This document shows positions 12,447 through 25,519 of a DNA stretch of 64,000 bases, one piece after another. The number at the start of each line of letters is the position of its first letter. The first letter of the stretch is position 1. The translations under genes and the position numbers were made by a program. Under the pieces are notes generated by a model. It had not been told where the DNA came from, made no database searches, and worked only from the letters and a program-made list of their open reading frames with translations. This DNA is from Octopus sinensis (lineage: Eukaryota). The stretch is taken from the NCBI RefSeq assembly GCF_006345805.1, contig NW_021833743.1, positions 7,487-71,486 of the forward strand, written 5' to 3'.

Positions 12447-12454
<8 letters not shown>
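11639..12454 (+). mobile_element. 782-bp non-coding partial-tandem element with a structured RNA domain (retrozyme-like or Penelope-like non-autonomous element)
   Basis: Identical 34-bp direct repeat ATGTCTGTATTTAATTTTACTGTTTACCTATATA at 11639-11672 and 12421-12454. Embedded in (TA)n, retains CpG, has no recognisable ORF, and contains a hammerhead-like motif near its 3' end. Confidence 0.7.
12281..12357 (+). ncRNA. Candidate non-circularly permuted hammerhead ribozyme (HHR family 1)
   Basis: Stem III AGCAAU 12296-12301 / AUUGCU 12322-12327. Cleavage nucleotide C17 = 12302 (AUC triplet). Stem I UCAAGA 12303-12308 / UCUUGA 12341-12346. Core CUGAUGA 12347-12353. GAA 12319-12321. Stem II GGCUGG 12281-12286 / UCAGCC 12313-12318. 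Confidence 0.55.
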
Positions 12455-12479
<25 letters not shown>

Positions 12480-13380
12480 TCTTCTGTGTGTATATGTATG
12501 TATGTATGTATTAGACTAAAATACTAATTAGAGCTCACGGTTCTACTGAAATGGTGAATCCTATTTTTAAAGTAGTGTGTTATCAGCTGTTTTTAATTTG
12601 TTTTAAAAACATCAACTTCAAGCACGTGTGTATGAGTGTGTGTATGAGTGTGTGTGTGCACACACATACACAAAGATGAGCAGAGAGAGGGGCCAAAAAA
12701 AAACAAAACAAAGGAAACAGAAAGATAGAGAGAAAAGTAGAAGCATAGTGGAGGGGAGATACGGACTAAAAGACATGTATATGAATCTGTATACACGCAC
12801 ACACGCGCACATCCACACAGGATGTGTGTATATAAGCTGACAAGACGACCGTGATGAATATTTGAAATGATTTTTCTTTGTTTCTCATAGATTTCAATTT
12901 AGTTCGCACCATGTTTTGGCACAAGTCGAAGCTGCCAGCATTGCTCAGCAATTCCATCTGTTAATATAGAATTGGAAACAAGAGACATATTGACCTGGTT
13001 CTTGGTACACTTCCAACCAAAAGAAGTTTTTACAGTTCATCAGCTGACCTGCTAAATGTCAAATCACAAGGAATATTTATGTCAGGAATTCGAATATGTT
13101 TCGCTATCTGCTAACGAGTTCAACAGCTTTGAGTCATTGAGATAATTCTGGAGGAGGAAGGAGCGGAAAAAGAGACAAAGGGGGAAAAATAAGAAGAGCA
13201 AATAGGAATGGATTATTGTAGATTTTCAAGGAATTGCTAAGTCCTCTAATCTCACATATGAGGATTGGTAGTGCTTGTATTCTTTCTTGTAGATAATTAA
13301 GATTCTTTATGTTTGTTTCACACAAAGAAAACTCAATTGAAGGATTATTACATTTCCTCTCTTTGGTTATCTTATAGACT

Positions 13381-13551
13381 GCCGTTACGTTGTGATTTCG
13401 AATACCGCTGAGGTCAACTTTGCCTTTCATCCTTTCGGGGTCGATAAATTAAGTACCAGTTACGCACTGGGGTCGATATAATCGACTTAATACCTATGTC
13501 TGTCCATGTTTGTCCCCTCTATGTTTAGCCCCTTGTGGGTAATAAAGAAAT
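13381..13551 (+). mobile_element. SINE family B, 5'-truncated, with target-site duplication
   Basis: 17-bp TSD TGGTTATCTTATAGACT at 13364-13380 and 13552-13568. Confidence 0.9.
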
Positions 13552-13589
13552 TGGTTATCTTATAGACTTACAGTGGCTTATAGTCATAT

Positions 13590-14012
13590 AGTAGTGTGGT
13601 AAGAAGCCATGTGGTTGTGAACAACCACATGGTTCTGGGTTCAGTTCCACTGCATAGCACCTTGGGCAAGTGTCTTCTACTATAGCTTCGGGCTGACCAA
13701 AGTCTTGTAAGGAGATTTGGTAGATGGAAACTGAAAGAAGCCCATCATATGTATGTGTGTGTGTGTGTGTGTGTGTATTTATTTGTGTGTGTGCCTTTGC
13801 ATCTGTGTTTGTCCTCCCATCACCACTTGATGACTGGTGTTGGTGTGTTTACGTCCTTTTAACTTAGTGATTCAGCAAACTTGACTGATAGAATATGTAC
13901 TAGGCTTTACAAAAATAAGTCCTGGGGTTCATTTGTTTGACTAAAACCCTTTGAGGCAGGGCTCCAACATGGCCACAGTCAAATGAGTGAAACAAGTAAA
14001 AGAATAAAAGAA
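13590..14012 (+). mobile_element. SINE family A
   Basis: Full-length match to the other family A copies. Confidence 0.85.
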
Positions 14013-14639
14013 ATGATTCCTTGACCCTTTCAATAGCAACCCACCTGGGACCACCCTTGATCCTATGATACAAGCTAAAAACACCAGTCTAATAACTCTT
14101 TCTGTTGTAGGCACAGAAATTTTGGGGGTGGGGACCAGCCGATTATATTGATCCCAGTGTGTAACTGGTCCTTATTTCATTAACCCCAAAAAGATGAAAA
14201 GCAAAGTTGACCGTGGCAGAATTCAAACTTACAATGTGAGACTGGACAAACTGCTGCCAGGCATTTTGCCTGGCATGCCAATGATTCTACCTGCTCACCA
14301 CCCTAAGCACCAGCTTAATAATGACAAAATTATTTAATTAAATTCTTCGTTAATTTCAAAATTAATTGAAACAAAAGGCAGAATATTTCAACAGAAATAT
14401 GGTAAAAAAAAGGTCATGGCAGAACCAGAATGTCTGTTTTTAAAATAGGGGTAGAGAGCACATCCAAGACTACATCACTCCCTAACGATTGTCAGTACAA
14501 AATTTACAAGAAAGGAATTAGTTGGTTTGAGGCTGTAGTAGAAGAGAATTGCCCAAGGTGCTGTGCCATGGGACTGAACCTGAAGCAATGTGGTTGTTGA
14601 GTGAACTTTTTAACCACACATCTATGTCTGCACACTCAT

Positions 14640-15103
14640 ACACACCTTTTACTTGTTTCAGTTGTTGGACTGTGGCCATTCTGGAGCAATACTTTGAAGG
14701 GATTTATTGAAAAAATTGACCCCAGTACATATTTTTTTTATTTTTAAGTCTTGTGCTTATTCTATTGGCCCCTTTTTTCCCCAAACTGCTTAGTTACAGG
14801 GGATGTAAACAAACCAATACTGGTTGTCAAGCAATGGTCAAATAGACAAACACATGCACACATTGATAAACACGTATACATACATATACATGTATGTATA
14901 TCTCTATGTATACGTACATATACAAACATGCACATGTACACAAAGAGCTTCTTTCAGTTTCCTTCTACTAGATCCACTCACAAGGTTTTGATCAGCCTGG
15001 GGCTATAGTAGCTGTAGTACAAAACACTTGCCCAGGCTGCCATGCAATGGGATTGAACACAGAATCATGTGGTTGTAAAGGAACTTCTTACCACTCAACC
15101 AGG
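14640..15103 (-). mobile_element. SINE family A, diverged
   Basis: Reverse-oriented family A copy about 630 bp from the plus copy at 13590-14012. Confidence 0.8.
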
Positions 15104-15460
15104 CCACACACGGAAAGACAAAATGAGATGTCATATGATTTATGAGACATAACAAGAATTATGATTTACAATACAAGTAAGAGGCAACAATAGAGAAGCA
15201 TTCTGTACTTACTAACATGAAAAAATTAATAAAAAGAAAATACTATCCAAAGGAGAAAAAAAAAACAGATAATGTTGCTGCAATGATGGTGAATTATTCT
15301 TCATTGAAATTCAATGAAAACACCAAATAATAATAATTTCTTGAATTTTTATTTTAGTTTATTAATAAAACAGCATGGGGCACGAGATTTTGGTAAACAT
15401 TTATTGTATTATTGGTTTGTTTTGACTAGGTATATAAAAGTGTGTAGTAGGGGAGAGAGA

Positions 15461-15511
<51 letters not shown>

Positions 15512-15673
15512 TATGTGAGTTTGGAATGATATATTATCCTGGCAGATACCGTATTAGCTCTCATTTAAGTTCCACTTAACGGCTAACCACAACGACCAGT
15601 ATCTAATGTCTGTGAATACAATTAGTTGTTAGTCACTCCGTGAATTCTTCCAATGGGTAATTCTATGTGTATG

Positions 15674-15707
<34 letters not shown>

Positions 15708-15949
15708 ATATATTACATGGCTCATACAATCCTCCTAATACAGGAGAGCTGATAAAGGAACTTTATAGATCTAAGATTGCCCTAGCTATCAAGAGAACAA
15801 ACCCTCACCTAACTGCTGTCTGCAGTTTGTAAAAGCAATATAGCCAACTGTAATTTGTGAGATGTGTCATTTGTTTGTATAAAACAATTAAATTGAATTG
15901 ATTTTATAATTGTTCGTCCAAATTTCTGGTGGTTGTACCTGCTTATGTT

Positions 15950-16273
15950 GTGAAGGTGCATGGTTCAGTGGTTAGAGCATTGCACTCATAATCATGAGGA
16001 AGTGAGTTTGATTCCCGGACTGGGTTGTGTGTTGTACTCTTGAGCAAGACACTTTATTTCACATTGTTCCAATTCACTCAGCTGCAGAAATAAGTTGTGA
16101 CATCACTGGTGCCAAACTGTATTGACCCCTTTGCCTTTCCCTTGGACAACATCAGTGGTGTGAAGGGGAGAGGCTGGTATGCATGGGCCACTGCTGGTCT
16201 TGCCTGGACATCTGTCTCAGAGGGGTACTTTTTAGGTGCAATCACGTGGTCATTCATGACCAAAGGGAATCTT
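15950..16273 (+). mobile_element. SINE family C, full length
   Basis: tRNA-like head GTGAAGGTGCATGGTTCAGTGGTTAGAGC...GAGTTTGATTCCC followed by the family body. Confidence 0.85.
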
Positions 16274-16855
16274 TATTTTACTTGCTTATGTTAAAAACAA
16301 TTATTATTATGGTATAAGGGACAAGAAAAAAAGAAAAAAAGTATAGATTGGTTCTTCCGATTCCTTCTTATATGGCGATTATTAATACAACAATTCTTCT
16401 CCACACACAACCTTTCCAATATGTTTTTCTTCTTGCATCTCTCCCCATCACCTTCTACTAGAAATCTGAAGATATTGCAAGTGAGAGGAATCGGCAGTCT
16501 TAAAACCCACGACCAGCGCCACCACACCAACCAGATGTTCTATAATTGCTACATTTATCTCCATAAACAATCTCTATCCAATATTAAACTAAACCAATTG
16601 CTACATTACATCCCGGTCCCTTTGCTTCTCCACCCATCGATCTGCTATCGGTCAATTTGATCTCATGACCTCCCCATTTGTACTTAAATACACTTAACAC
16701 CATTTTTCAAATATAGACGGTGCTCCACTGGACTACTTTTACTCATGCATCTTGCTTGATTGATACAGAAACATACCCAGTACCTCCCCCCCCTCCACCA
16801 CCACAACCATCACATACATTTTCCTTTTATTTCTTTCTGCCATCATCTAACACAC

Positions 16856-16890
<35 letters not shown>

Positions 16891-17177
16891 CCCCATCCAA
16901 CAACCTACCCTCAAACAAATACCTTTAACCATGATACATTTAACACAGTGTATGCATGTGTGTGTTTGTGTGTATGTATATGTGTGTGTATTTGTGTTTC
17001 TGTGTATATATGTGTGTGTATTTGCATGTATATATATATCTGTGTATATGTGTTGTCTGTGTATATATATATGCACATATATATGCCTATACAAATGCAC
17101 ACATGTTTGTATATATGTGTGTACATGCATGTATGTATATATACATACATATATATATTATATATATATTATATATA

Positions 17178-17231
<54 letters not shown>

Positions 17232-17407
17232 TATATACATATATATGTATTTACATGTACCTATGTTTACAACTGTATATATATGCAAAACAACATAATA
17301 GCATACACAAATATATATATATATATATACACACACACAACTACACATGTTATGAGCACACACATTTGCAAGTATATATTTACCCAACTTTATAAATACA
17401 TTCACAC

Positions 17408-17446
<39 letters not shown>

Positions 17447-17599
17447 CATATATATACACACACATACATTCATACATATATACACGCACACTACTATACA
17501 CACTTGAATTCACAGATCAATATATATGTATACGGAATGAACAATGACTTATACACTCAGGAAGCACCACAAGGACTATAGAAAATATACCCTCACCCC

Positions 17600-18230
17600 A
17601 CGCTACCTGAATCACAACAACTATAGACAACAATAAGAATAACAACAACTACTTTGGAACCAACCTTATCATTGAATCACTACCACCACGACCACCACCA
17701 CTGCCATTGCTGCTTATAATAGTATTGATAATAATAATAATAATAATAATAATAATGGTGATGATAATAATAATGGTGATGATAGTTTCCACACAATTAC
17801 CATGACAATATCTCCCAACCATTAATACTACAACAGCAACATCTCTATCAGTACCTCCATAACCACCACCACTACCATTATCATCATCATTACAAAAGCA
17901 ATTACAACCACAACAACTATAACTCCCACCACCAACACCATCACCATAATTTCCACTATGTCTACACTACCACCACTACCACTACAATTACCACTGACGA
18001 TATCACTTCTTCAACCATCACCACTACCTTCATCATCTACATCGCAACCACCACTACCGTCAAACTGCTGCCACCACCAGCGTCATCGTTATCTTTATGA
18101 CCACCACTAGTACTATCACCTCTACAACAATTGTCATTTTCATTACGGTGAGCACCATCATTCTCTGTCTCCAACCGACGCCATCATCAGAACCACCACC
18201 ACCACCACCACCACCACCACCACCACCCTA
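17600..18230. repeat. (ACC/ACT/AAT)-rich low-complexity block
   Basis: Degenerate trinucleotide repeats with no maintained reading frame. Confidence 0.85.
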
Positions 18231-18430
18231 GACATCAATGGTTATGGCAATAAGTAAACCATAGCCAAGAGCAGATAACAAACAAACATGTATTCTTGGA
18301 GAGTAAGAAATCAATGGAATGGTAAGATATATCTAGAAATGTAACAAACCATCCCCCACCCCACAAAACATATATGTGTGTGTGTGTGTGTGTGTGATAT
18401 ATATCAGATATAGAACTAGTGAAGAATGGA

Positions 18431-18496
<66 letters not shown>

Positions 18497-18584
18497 GGAG
18501 AGAGAGAGAATACTACCAAGTAATAACATACATATCTGTGTCATGTGTATACTTTGCACTTGGTGCTTGTCATATGTGTGTGTG

Positions 18585-18623
<39 letters not shown>

Positions 18624-19019
18624 TCTCACATCTACATGTCTGGTGAATACACACACACATGTACATACACACAAACAAATATATACACATGACCACAGAC
18701 ACACATATACATACACACACACACACACAAACACACACATATATACATACACATGCTCATATATATATATACACCCACACATATACATACACACACATAA
18801 GCACACATGCATCTATTTATGTGGCACACACACACACACACACACACACATGTATACACGTACAAACATATCTATATGTACATATCTACACACACATACA
18901 CCTATATACACACACACATATACAAACACAGACACACTGACACACGAATGTATTATAATAGGAAATGGCTACACTGCACTTTGTAAGAAGCTTCTAGTGG
19001 AAATGATAATGGATTATTG

Positions 19020-19760
19020 GCGGTGGCCATGGGGGCGGATGGGGTTGTTGTTGTTGGTGGTGGTTATAGTGGGGGAGGGGAATTGTGATGTGGGTGATAA
19101 CTGTGTTGAGAAGGTTGTAGTAGTAGTAGTGGTGGTGGTGGTGGTGGTGGTGGTGGTGGTGGTTGGTGGTGGTGGTGGTGGTGGTGGTGGTTTCACAGAG
19201 GTAATATTGATATTTTAATTTCTGGTGATAATGATATTGGTACTAGTGCTTGGTATTGGTGCTTATAATGGTAGTAGTAGTAGTAGCAGTAGTGGTGGTA
19301 GTTTAATAATATTAGTAATGGTTGGGGTAGTGTTGGTGGTGGTGGCAGTGTCAGTGGTGGTGGTGGTGGTGGTAGTGGTAGTGTTGGTGGTGGTGGTGAT
19401 GGTGGTAGTAGTGTTGGTGGTGGTGATGGTGGTGGTAGTGTTGGTGGTGGTGTATTGATAGTAATGGTGCTGGTGATAGTATCGCTAGTAGTAGTACTGG
19501 TAATAACGATGGTGGTAGTGTTGCAGTAGAGGTGCTCGTAGTGGTGGTGGTGGTGGTAGTGGTGATTGTTTGATGTTAAATGTGACACCAGATGACGGTA
19601 AATAACAACTCGGTATATGATGTTGGTGGTGGTGGTCATGGCGAAAGTAGTGCTTGTGATGGTGGTAACTACAGGTGGGGGAGGAGGAAAAATCAGAGTG
19701 GTAACCAACTATGTGCAGTAGCAACAACAACCACAACAACGCCACTACAGATACTACAAA
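19020..19760. repeat. (GGT/AGT)-rich low-complexity block
   Basis: Degenerate trinucleotide repeats, opposite in orientation to 17600-18230. Confidence 0.85.
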
Positions 19761-19876
19761 TACAAGTGCTGGAGGTAAACCGATATGTATGGTCTTTAAA
19801 CAATGTCATTTATTTTTCCAAACAGGCATTGCTCGTGGGGGACACAATCCTCGATTCAATCTTTGTATAGTTGCTT

Positions 19877-19912
<36 letters not shown>

Positions 19913-20031
19913 CATGTGTGTACTTGTGCACAGAACAGTCAGTTCCTTCTGAAATGCATTATGAGTGAAGAAGTGAAGAGGGAAGCCATCAAACTAAAAA
20001 TGGTGGCATAGTCAGCTACGGATTAAGATAC

Positions 20032-20411
20032 GGGAGTGGCTGTGTGGTAGTAGCTCACTTACCAACCACATGGTTCTGGTTTCCTTCCCACTGTGTGGCA
20101 CCTCGGGCAAGTGTCTTCTTCTGTAACCTCGGGCCAACCAAAGTCTTGTGAGTGGATTTGGTAGATGGAAACTGAAAGAAGCCCATCATATACATATATA
20201 TATATATGTGTGTTTGTGTGTCTGTGTTTGTCCTCTCCCCATCACTTGACAACTGATGTTGGTGTGTTTGTGTCCTATAACTTAGCAGTTCGGCAAAAGA
20301 GACTGATAAAATAAGTACGAGGCTTATAAAGAATAAGTCCTGGGGTTGATTTGCTCGACTAAAGGCAGTGCTCTAGCATGGCCACAGACTGAAACAAATA
20401 AGAGTAAAAGA

Positions 20412-20414
<3 letters not shown>
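20032..20414 (+). mobile_element. SINE family A
   Basis: Full-length match. Confidence 0.85.
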
Positions 20415-20485
<71 letters not shown>

Positions 20486-21508
20486 TATGTATCTTCTTTT
20501 TTTCCTAGGAAAACGAAATTTGTTGTGTTGGTGTCATTCCTACCCCTCTCCACCCCTAACCCTTTCTTTTGGTGTGGTTGTGTGGTTAAATAAGTTTCAC
20601 CTTTGGCACCAAGGGGTTTCAGGTTCTGTCCCCACTGTTTGGCATCTTCAGCAAGTGTCTTTCAGCATTGTTTTTATTATAAGGTAAAACAATGCCTTAT
20701 AATAAAGGTATAACATTATCATGCATTATTATAAGGTGTAACAATCCTTTCTATTAAAGGCACAAGGCCTGGAATTTTGGGGGAAAGAGCTAGTCGGTTA
20801 CATTGACCCCAGTGTTTCACTGGCACTTAATTCATCAACCCCCAGAAGGATGAAAGGCAAAGATGACCACAAATCACACTTAACTACATAGGATAATGAA
20901 ACCCCTAATATACAAAAAGAAAAAGAGGATGACCAACCTAGACCTCAAACCAAACAGGTGACCCACGTGATTGGAGGATCATTCATCAGTTTTGTTGATG
21001 AGCATTCAGGTGTTTAATCAACTGAGTTACCTCTTTATTAAATTATCATGTATGTGGCTGAATATTCCACAGACATGGATACCTGTAATGTATCAAGTCT
21101 TAAGCAGAGTCTGTGTAAAACATAGTCACTCGAGTCCACTGTAAAAATAAGACTTTAGTTCTATTTTTCGAAACTAAATTTTATTGTTCACAAACCAAAG
21201 TTAGAAAAAAAAAAAAAAAAAATTAGTAGGCAATATCACATCAATCTAATACTAAATTTCAAAGACTGTTTATCTGTTTCTGTGTTCTCTGACTTTTAAG
21301 AGTTCTGGTCTATTTTATCATTCCTAAATTTTATTGTTCTCTAACTGAAGACAATAAAAAACAAACAAAAGATATTTTTTGTAGGCAACTTCATGTCATT
21401 ATGATACCAAAATTCAAAGACTGTTTATCTGTTTGTGTTCTCAGATTTTACCAAAAACAGTGGCTTTTATTCAATAAGGTTAGCAAGCTGGATGCAAAGA
21501 AGCCTTAA

Positions 21509-21773
21509 TCCTTTAATCTTTAAACCAGCTATATCCAGCCCAAATATTCTACCTGTTCTGACATTCAAACTGACCATGTGTAGCTTCTCACACCTACCCT
21601 ACAATGCCATTCTAAAATAAACCACTTCATGGAAACCTCAAAACTATTAGATAATGCTTAATTAATACAACATATTTTTGAGATATAAAGCTGTTAGATA
21701 ATGCTTGATTAATACAAAACAATATGAATATATAAGCTTTACATTTGACAGAGTAACGTGAACACTAAAAGTG
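21509..21773. mobile_element. Probable piggyBac-type MITE (TTAA-flanked), diverged
   Basis: TTAA at 21505-21508 and 21774-21777. Body is similar to about 39600-39818. Terminal inverted repeats are weak. Confidence 0.4.
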
Positions 21774-21977
21774 TTAAGCGGTAGTTTGCCAACACTTGTT
21801 CTGGGATACATAATTGACAAGAAATCTATGATAATAAATGTGAAATTCTGTCTGTCCGGGACCCCTGTATCTCAGTCTACATTTACTCTACATAGACATT
21901 TTATACTTTTTGGAATCAGGATTATTCTGGGATTGGAAATTTGCCCTTCATTTGGTTCTTGAACATCCAGCATTGGA

Positions 21978-22345
21978 ATCTGGTTTAAAAACATTTGGAT
22001 TGTTATTTCTAGCAGGTAAAACTTGGCTGATTCACGCCATCTTGGTTGGCGTTTGTCAGATGATGTCTGAGATCATGACATTTGCTTTGCGAATTTTATG
22101 TCGAGATAAGAAATTAAGGATAAATTGGCCAACAACTGGAATTCAACTTGGGACTGGAACAATAGAATGATTGCATTGCAGAATTGATTCTCATCTGTCC
22201 TTCACCTCTGATCAAACACCACCAGGGGCATATAGTCATTATAGATGTTTTATAGTCATGATATTTAGCTCTCCTTAGATTGGGGCCACAGGCCCAATTA
22301 GCCCTCTGCAGGCGCTAGCTTAAACGTCTGCACAGTGTGTGGATT
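21978..22345. repeat. Unclassified dispersed repeat, inverted paralog of 30525-30905
   Basis: About 370 bp align in reverse orientation with 30525-30905 (roughly 80% identical by eye). Confidence 0.75.
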
Positions 22346-22356
22346 TTAAGCAAGTA

Positions 22357-23881
22357 TGTTGTTTGGTTGGAAGGTACGTGTGTCTGGGGGTGGGGGCTGC
22401 ATTGATGTGCATCAAAGAAGAAAATAAGAAAATAATGCTTGTGTGTGTGTGTGTGTGTGTATGGGTTTAATTGTATATGTGTGTGTTCATTAGTTTGGTT
22501 AAGTCATCAATACCAAGTCTTTGCTGGAGCAATGCCTTCTGTGTAAATATACATACATACATACATGTATATGTATGTATATTTATATATGCATTTGTCT
22601 CCGCACATCTGTGTAGGTATACATACACATATGCACACACATACACATGGTTAAATGTCTGAAATGAATCAATAAGCTTCTAACTTCTTTCCAGTTACTA
22701 ATTAAATTTATCTGTTGACACAAAAATAATATTTTAAATATTTACACCTACCCTGTGTTTTGAATGGTTTGATCTCAGATCATCTCTATTATCAAGTGTC
22801 TCATTCTTAGAGAGGTACATACTATCAAGCTAATCCAGGATTATTTAGAGAATTCCGTTCAACTTTTAGAAATCTAAGCCTCAGCTTCTCTTGCCTAGCT
22901 TATCACTGCTGGTTGTAGATATATCTGTCCAATGTGGCTAATTTAGTGTGGATCAGATAACATGCTCCAGTGATTAATGAGAACCCCTGATCTTCAGTAC
23001 CAGGGTGAATTTTGAACTCAGAGCAAGTGCATACTGGTACAAACATACATTCGTGTGTGTGTGTGTGTATATAATAATCAAAGTGTACAATATTACCAAT
23101 CGATTTTGCACTAGGGGTCCAATGGAGTGTTAGGTAACAGCCCAATTGCGTAACCCTGCACTCATCAGAGTGGAATGAAATATAGTTGTTAGGAAGGGTA
23201 TTCAGCTATACAAACCATGCCAAAACTGACGTTGGATTTTGAGGTAGACATGGTTTGTTGAATCCAGTCAAACTCTCTGACCCATGTCAGCATGGAAAAT
23301 GGATTTTAACTGGCGATTGCCATGTAAAAAGCATCTGTGCTGGTGCCACATAAAAACACATGTAAAAAGTACCAAGTACACTGTAAAGTACTTGGTGTTA
23401 GGAAGGGCATCCAGCCATAGAAGCCATGCCAAAACAGACAATTGGAGCATAGCATTGCTCTCTGACTGGCCAGCATCTGATGAATCATCCAACTCATGCC
23501 AGCATGGAAAATGGATGTTAAACAAGGATAATGATGATGATGTAATATGGAAAAAATACCAAAAATTTTTCAGGTTTCTGTTTTAATATGTGTGTGTATG
23601 TGTGTGCATATGTGTATGTATACCTACACAGATGTGCGGAGACAAATGCATATATAAATATACATACATATACATGTATGTATGTATGTATATTTACACA
23701 GAAGGCATTGCTCCAGCAAAGACTTGATATTGATGACTTAACCAAACTAATGAACACACACATAAACAATTAAACCCATACACACACACACACACACAAG
23801 CATTATTTTCTTATTTTCTTCTTTGATGCACATCAATGCAGCCCCCACCCCCAGACACATGTACCTTCCAACCAAACAACA
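22357..23881. repeat. Near-perfect ~290-bp inverted duplication (arms 22357-22647 and 23593-23881, spacer about 945 bp)
   Basis: Arms differ by about 3 substitutions and one GT unit. No target-site duplication seen. Confidence 0.9.
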
Positions 23882-24590
23882 CGTACAACGCACAGACAGA
23901 AAATTAGATAGAAATATATGGAAATATATGTACATAACTACAAAGTAGTTGGACATACAGACAGAAAGACAGACAGAAAGACAGACAGACAGATACACAT
24001 TCAATATAGGTGTATATCGATAGACAGACAATCGGACCGAGAGACAGTGATGGACAAACAGATAAATGTCTCAAAGATTCTGATAAAAATTGATTTATTT
24101 TCCTATTCCTTTCCCCCCCCCCATATTTTATATCCTTTTCATACAATGCTGATAACTCGTGTCATTTTCCCATACTTCTAATATATCTCTAGTGTAATAT
24201 TTAATACTACAGGTCTGGTATCACTTAGGTTTATATCACACTGTTCTGATATCCTTAGGGACCAACACCACACCAATATATTGTACACAATGTTGTTGAT
24301 ATTACTTTACACAATTCCTTGTTCTATGATAAATTGTCTAAGATCCACCCACCCACCCACCCACATCCTTACTGCTGCCACTGTTGCTTCTAGCACATTT
24401 TTACACTATTCCGATATCCTTTTGTGGTCATATTGATATCATTTGCATATTGTTTATGTTATCACACAGTTCTCACATTTTAGGTTGTTATTATTAATGC
24501 AGTGTATACTATAATGTACATGTGTGTGTGTGTGTGTGCAGAGAGGGGAAGAGAGAGAGAGCATTGTGTGTGTATATATATATATGTACG

Positions 24591-24657
<67 letters not shown>

Positions 24658-25097
24658 TATAGACATGGCTATGGGGTTATGAAGCTTGCTTCCCAATCAT
24701 GAAATTTCAGGTTGAGTTTCCTTGGGGAAGTTTTTTCTACTAAAGTGTTGTAAATAGATTTGGTCGATAGAAACTGAACCCCACCCCACCGGCCCCATCA
24801 TATAAATCTATGTGTGTGTATGATAGATGTAAACAAATATCACTGTCATAGAAGTGGTGTTGTTCATTTGTAATCTTCTGTGGAAGTATTACCTTGCATG
24901 GAATTAAGTGAGGGCTAGTGACAGGAAGGACATCTGACTGTAGAAAATCTATGTCAATGTATTTCCATCTGACTCATTCATTTGACTCATGGAAAAGTGG
25001 ACATGAAAAATATAATGCAGTATTATACAGATTATACTATATTTTATAGTATATACTATGTTTGTATGTTCGAATGAAAGTTAATAACATTCTAAAA

Positions 25098-25420
25098 GGC
25101 CAACAAATAGAGGGATACTGCAGTAAAGGAAGACCTGAGCTTAGGTATAAGGATAAGTTGAAACAATCACTAGAGTCTCCAGAGCTTAATTTGACATCTT
25201 GAGAAAGTTATTACGAGATCGATCTGCATGGCATAAAATGTGTTACGATGTATTAAAACAATTTGAGTTGAAGAAAGAGACCAAGGAAAGAATTATATCC
25301 TGCAATCAACAGACATGTTTGCCCATCCCAGGCAAAATTAAAATCATCAGTGTCCCCATTGTGACTTCATAGCAAAATCCATTCCTGGATCAAATCACAT
25401 TCATGTATCCATTGCAAATA
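25098..25420 (+). mobile_element. RTE-clade LINE 3' fragment, frameshifted
   Basis: KGRPELRYKDKLKQSL...RDRSAWHKMC...HQCPHCDFIAKS: RTE C-terminal GRP..RYKD and DR..W motifs plus a zinc-finger-like tail. Confidence 0.75.
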
Positions 25421-25519
25421 AATGCAGCTTCTTTTATTTTTAAATATTTTATTACTTCTTTTTTAAAAATCTTTTCCTTCAAACACTCATATATTGAACT
25501 TGATGGCAGTGATCATCAT

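Noticed and set aside
12891-13147. Unique segment with strong acceptors on both strands
   Set aside because: Every frame reaches a stop within about 25 codons and no motif was recognised.
13360-13372. 13-nt match to the 5' part of miR-9
   Set aside because: The 3' half does not match, there is no hairpin, and it overlaps a SINE target-site duplication.
19193-19708. Mucin-like Thr/Pro-rich ORF
   Set aside because: It drifts between Thr, Pro and His/Tyr registers of the same trinucleotide repeat, and no splice signals define it.
20892-20957. Plus-strand exon candidate DNETPNIQKEKEDDQPRPQTKQ
   Set aside because: It lies between SINE remnants, the splice signals are moderate, and there is no supporting neighbour.
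22903-23145. 80-aa minus-strand ORF in the spacer of the inverted duplication
   Set aside because: It contains a microsatellite and a SINE B-like fragment (TCTGAGTTCAAAATTC), with no convincing donor.
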